DNA from: Balanoglossus misakiensis
Taxonomy: Eukaryota > Animalia > Hemichordata
Assembly: GCA_040954595.2 (NCBI GenBank)
Contig: CM082584.2
Span: 13,261,337-13,325,336 of the forward strand
DNA length: 64,000 nucleotides
Reading direction: 5' to 3'
Numbering within the stretch: position 1 is the first letter of the stretch; each line of letters opens with the position of its first letter. Made by a program: the position numbers and the translations under genes. Below are positions 59,231 to 64,000 of this stretch, piece after piece. Below the pieces are notes generated by a model. The model was given only the letters and a program-made list of their open reading frames with translations. It was not told the origin of the DNA and did no database searches.

Positions 59231-61344
59231 ATGGCCACGTCTGTGCTGTTGTCCTCTGGTGCTAGAATGCCCCTTGTTGGTCTGGGTACATGGAAAAGTA
59301 AACCTGGACAGGTTGAACACGCAGTGAAGGCTGCCATCGAGTGTGGCTATCGTCATATTGACTGCGCAGCTTTGTACAGTAACGAAGCTGAAGTGAGAGC
59401 TGGACTGAATTCTGTCGAGGTAACCACATCAACATTTCAGGTTTCTGTCTGGTTCATTCTTTTTGTGGTCAAATGTTAAATTTTTGGTGAATCCTTTGTG
59501 TACGAACACACTAATTAAGTCCGTCTACTCTACATCCAAGTTCGATGCTTTAGATCCCTAATTTTGGTCATTTTTGTTGATGGGTTCCCGTTCGGCATTT
59601 ATTCTTACTTTCTCCTCCCTTTATCGCATAGGGTGTGGATCGCAAGGATATATTCATAACGTCCAAGCTATGGAATACAATGCACGCTTCAGAGGATGTG
59701 CGACCGGCTTGTTTAAAATCCATGCGAGATCTTGGCGTAGACTATCTAGATCTGTACCTGATTCATTGGCCGTATGGATATAAGTAAGAGAATAGAAACT
59801 TGACCACCTGCAATAAGGTTTAGCGGATTGCGTGCATGTAGATTTAAGATCACGTACATTGTATAATTACTCATTCTGGCGGCTGTCGTTTGAAGAAAAA
59901 ATATCTCAGAATTGAAACGACATTCCTTATTTCCAAACCCAGGAATAACGGAACAGGCGATCTGCTGCCTAAGAATGCTGATGGAAGCATCATGTACAGC
60001 GATGTATCCTTCCTGGAGACCTGGGCTGCCATGGAAAAACTGGTTGATGAAGGACTCTGCAAACACATTGGTGTTTCCAACTTCAACAGCAAACAGATTG
60101 CAGAAATCTGTGAAAAGGGGAAGATCAAACCAGCTGTGGTACAAGTGAGTTCATGTTGATACACATTCTCCAAGAAGAGACTAGCGTGGATAGTTGAGGA
60201 TTTCGACCAGGGTCTGGCTCAAATAACTTAAAAGATGTGATGATATTTTACCTTACAGGTTGAGTGCCATCCCTACTTCAATCAATCCAAGCTCGTTAAA
60301 TTCTGCAAGGACAGGGACATCGCTGTGACAGCATATAGTCCTCTCGGCTCTCCGGACAGACCTTGGGCCAAATCCAGTGATCCGGTCATCATAGATGACC
60401 CAGTGTTGAAGAGCATTGGAAATAAGTACAACAAGACTGCGGCGCAAGTCGCTTTGAGGTCAGAAGCGGTCATATTGTTTCCTCTAGCTCTCTATATGAT
60501 GTGGATATGAACGTATCATTCGGCATGAACAATACACGAACATCAAAAGCAAAGTACTTTGCTTACTTTATATATATATATATTTTTTAAAATCCAGATT
60601 CAATGTACAAAGAGGAATCGTTGTCATCCCCAAGAGTGTCACGCCAGCAAGAATCGCTCAGAACGGAGAGGTGAGACTTGTAGTTTTATGATTATCGGAA
60701 GTATGAATAAATATTGCAGATAGCAAAAGCAAAGGAAAGCTAAGAACAGGGAGAATACGTCGAAGTCGGTAAATGCTGACAGAAGAATAGAAATGCGAAA
60801 ATATGACAAAGGTGTTACTATGAAGTCATTCCATAATGTGGACCATTATTGGAAAGTGAATACAAATGTGAATCGTTCGGCTTCCTTGTCTTGACTGTAC
60901 TCAGTTCAATTTCTAATTTATTACAGTTGTTTGATTTTGAACTGTCTGGGGAAGACATGAGAGCCATAGAAGGTCTGCAACGTAACGAGACAGGGCGTGT
61001 CTGTATCCCAACTTTCCAGGTAAGAATACCAGTGGTTCGTCAAGTGCCAACCTCACAGCAGATCAATGCGATTTCTCATATTTTCACTTCAGACAAAGCG
61101 ATTTAAAAAATCCAAACAGACCTAACGCTACATTTTACTTGATGATGAAACTAAGAGTGGATGAATACTCTTAGAGTGACAGATCCAAAATACGATGAAA
61201 ATCTGAAAAAAAAAATCGAATCTGAAATTCTAAAATAATTATGACTTTAACACGTAGTCCACCATTTTATCATTTCAGATTAACGGAAAAACAGTGAGAA
61301 TGGCTCTTGACCACCCTTATTATCCGTTTGACGAAGAATTCTGA
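59231..61344 (+). CDS. Aldo-keto reductase family 1, copy B, 7 coding exons
   Basis: Exons 59231-59419, 59632-59783, 59943-60144, 60259-60458, 60598-60670, 60927-61019, 61279-61344. Same intron positions as copy A; tetrad D/Y/K/H intact. Confidence 0.93.
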
Positions 61345-62028
61345 AAATATCTGTGATTTTACGACGCCCTCAACAGCCGAATTCTTCATAATTGGGGTTT
61401 TTGTTTGGTTTCTCTCACATGGATGAGACAATAAAATATGACACAAAAGTGATATACGTGTGGAAGTCTCACAACTCCGATTTTATTTTGCGGTGACCAA
61501 AATAAGGTTTCTGCGCACAGTATAGAATTCATCAGCCAGTTTCAACCTGGATATTTAATATGAGAAGTGGCCAAAACAATATGGGAATACATATAATACC
61601 AATTTTCTTTTAAAATTGACGTGTAGTCAATCATTTTGGCATTAAAATGACAACTTTATCCCTCCCAGTTGTCGTCACAACATCCGCTATTCATAATCAT
61701 AACTGCCAGCTGTTGCCACTGCGTCATGGAAGGGAATATTTGAAGAGTGGTCACTTCTAGCTTGTTAATAGAAGATTTGCTACCATGACAACAAGAGTAG
61801 TACATCAAAACTATCATCACTATCACGCTAATTCCCCCTGACTAGTAAAACAAATGAACCTATTGACACCGAAATTTTGAAGCAGACTTTGTATCACCCT
61901 TGTTCTCTGAGGTAAAGTACATAGAAAAAAAAGTCGAACAAAATGAATCCAAACCACGTGTGGGCAGTAATCTACAAGAACAGTCACGTTGGGAGTTGTA
62001 TTCATTAGTTGATATCAAACGGATGATT

Positions 62029-64000
62029 TCAGCGGGCAGTTCTTACTGGTGGCATTTGGTTTGGCTGCAGCGGCACCGCCTGCGCATGCCCACTCAACGG
62101 CAGTTGATTATTTGCAATCTGTTCGCCTTGGTTCATCAGTTCTGGGTGTGTATCTATGGTTTTGTAGCCGACGGCTTGCATCATGTCGATGCAAGGGACT
62201 ATGTACTGAATTATCTGCAAAGCGTCGAATGTAAGTTTGTACTTCCAGCTGTCAAATTTAACCCCCGTCGTTCCATTTCTCGTTAATTCCAACACCGAAT
62301 TCTCCATGGGGATGTCAAGAAATTGGTAGAGTCGCGCAGGATATGTCACGTGGTTTGACTCTAAGTCTTCAAAACGGACTATTTTGTATCGACTTTTGTA
62401 AGTGTCAGACAGTGTGTGCATTGAGACGATGTTGTGCACCCAGGTTCGGCAATACTCGGTGACGGCAGTCTGAGTCTTCAAGTCGAGGTCAAGCATGTCA
62501 TATTTGACTTTGATGCCGTGTTGAGCTTCAAGAAGTGACACAGCTACAGCTCTCGGGTCTTGGACTAAGTGGATCACTTTGACCCTGGGATCTTTCATCA
62601 ATAAAACGACATATTTGATATCGTGCATGTAGTTTGTCCTGACGCCGACATACGTAGCCGCTTTACACTCCTCCGATATCATTCCACCGTCAACTTCTTT
62701 GCAGCCGACAAAATCGGACGCAGGACTCTCGTTCGCCCTCCAACAATACCTATCGTTCACCAGCGACCGCATCTGTACCAGTCTTTGGGACAAACCGAGT
62801 TTTGAATAGCTATCGGTGAAACACTCCAAATTGGGAGACTGGAAGTCGCACCGGAGGATGTCGAAGAGCATGTCGGCAAGTCTCGTGGAAAATACACTTT
62901 CAGCTGGAGATAGCAGCTCCAGACACTGGCGCAAAGCCACGCCTGGTTCGACCACATAGAAGAATTTGTCGTTCTGTCCGAATATTCCGTCAAGAAGCCA
63001 TGGGTGAAAGTGCGGGGATGTCAAGATGAGTACTTTAAGACGTCCATCAGTTATAACCTCTTGTTCATCCGTCAACTCTTCTGGTTCAGCAAATTCTGGC
63101 GTTTCTCCGACGCCATGTTGCTCGACAGCTTCGTCGATGTTGATGTTCCCTGCCACCTCTTCCGGTTCTAAAGATTCTTGAACCCCTGGATGAACATCTG
63201 GGTTCACCTGGATCTGCGTGTTGTTGTCTAAAAGACTTTGCATCGGTTGCTGGTATGTTTCTGGTGCTTGCTCTTGGAGCAAATCAGTCTCCACCGGTGA
63301 CTGGAATTTTAAGCCATCGAACTGTACGCTAACATTCTGTTCTGGGCTAATATCAGTGGTTTGTTCGCCGAGATTTGGTGGTGCATATAGTGCAGTTTCG
63401 TCCTGAGGGGACGAATCTGGGAAGGGTGTTTTTTCATCGGAAGCTGGTATAATGTATTCATTTTCGGTGATAATTCCTTCGGGGACAATCTCATCAGACG
63501 CCACTTCGTTTACAGATACGTCATCACCTTCTTCAGAAAAACTACTTTCACTTTCCGAATCCGAGGTGGCGTCAGATTCGGTCATGTCCAGCCAGTCTTC
63601 CAAATCGTTGATGAAGACGGACGAAGAATCTTCAGACGACACCGATTCCTGCTCTTCCTCGGCCACTGAGCTCAGACTCTCCACCAACGCATCCTCGCCG
63701 TCTCCTTCACTCAGACTTTCTGATTCGTCAGTAGCGCTGCTTCCGCCTGCTATTTCAGATTCACTTTCTTCAACCACTTCAGTACTTCCTCCCAAAGCCT
63801 CAGCGTCTTCAGAGCTTCCACCCAAATCCTGCGATTCCAGCGGTAAATTGACATTGAATTCATCACTGGCCTGGTTAGAGCTGCCATCGACGTTGCTTTC
63901 ACTCGATTCACCTTCTCCAATTCTTGCATTTTCAGAATCAGGTTCTTGCAGGTCGTCTTTGTCGCTACTTCCAACCAATTCTTCATTGAAATCTTCCACT
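62029..64000 (-). CDS. Carbohydrate sulfotransferase (CHST1-7 / GlcNAc6ST)-like protein with long acidic stem, 5'-partial, PAPS motifs degenerate
   Basis: 656-aa ORF open at the window edge. C-terminal half shows KVLILT..FFYVVEP, DILRCDF, KVIHLVQDPRAV, RYKIVRFEDL, WKYKL..MMQAVGY, which is the CHST fold signature. Confidence 0.85.
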   Translation of the reverse strand, partial: VEDFNEELVGSSDKDDLQEPDSENARIGEGESSESNVDGSSNQASDEFNVNLPLESQDLGGSSEDAEALGGSTEVVEESESEIAGGSSATDESESLSEGDGEDALVESLSSVAEEEQESVSSEDSSSVFINDLEDWLDMTESDATSDSESESSFSEEGDDVSVNEVASDEIVPEGIITENEYIIPASDEKTPFPDSSPQDETALYAPPNLGEQTTDISPEQNVSVQFDGLKFQSPVETDLLQEQAPETYQQPMQSLLDNNTQIQVNPDVHPGVQESLEPEEVAGNINIDEAVEQHGVGETPEFAEPEELTDEQEVITDGRLKVLILTSPHFHPWLLDGIFGQNDKFFYVVEPGVALRQCLELLSPAESVFSTRLADMLFDILRCDFQSPNLECFTDSYSKLGLSQRLVQMRSLVNDRYCWRANESPASDFVGCKEVDGGMISEECKAATYVGVRTNYMHDIKYVVLLMKDPRVKVIHLVQDPRAVAVSLLEAQHGIKVKYDMLDLDLKTQTAVTEYCRTWVHNIVSMHTLSDTYKSRYKIVRFEDLESNHVTYPARLYQFLDIPMENSVLELTRNGTTGVKFDSWKYKLTFDALQIIQYIVPCIDMMQAVGYKTIDTHPELMNQGEQIANNQLPLSGHAQAVPLQPNQMPPVRTAR

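Overview
Gene-dense, intron-rich animal genomic DNA with GT-AG introns plus one AT-AC intron. Mosaic CpG depletion suggests an invertebrate, perhaps a non-vertebrate deuterostome; this is not provable from the window. I hand-spliced 12 gene models: ZIP zinc transporter (+), OGFOD1 (-), LSM4 (+), TIKI/TRABD2 Wnt protease (+), P4H-TM-like (-), MTG1 (+), RCHY1/Pirh2 (-), aldo-keto reductase A (+, two duplicated first exons), two tandem Golgi-type sulfotransferases (+), aldo-keto reductase B (+) and a CHST-like gene running off the right edge (-). Most notable: (1) the P4H-TM-like gene is intact but has lost both Fe-binding His and the 2-oxoglutarate Lys while keeping two EF-hands, so it looks like a pseudoenzyme; (2) the CHST-like protein lacks its PAPS-binding motifs and has a long acidic stem, a second probable pseudoenzyme; (3) the duplicated AKR first exons, one preceded by a mitochondrial-presequence-like extension, lie on either side of a Harbinger-type MITE; (4) a duplicated promoter/5' exon sits in front of both a sulfotransferase and AKR-B; (5) a U12 AT-AC intron in MTG1; (6) a hairpin-rich segment in LSM4 intron 1 and an oversized LSM4 intron 4 upstream of TIKI. 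All coordinates were derived by eye and no database searches were run.
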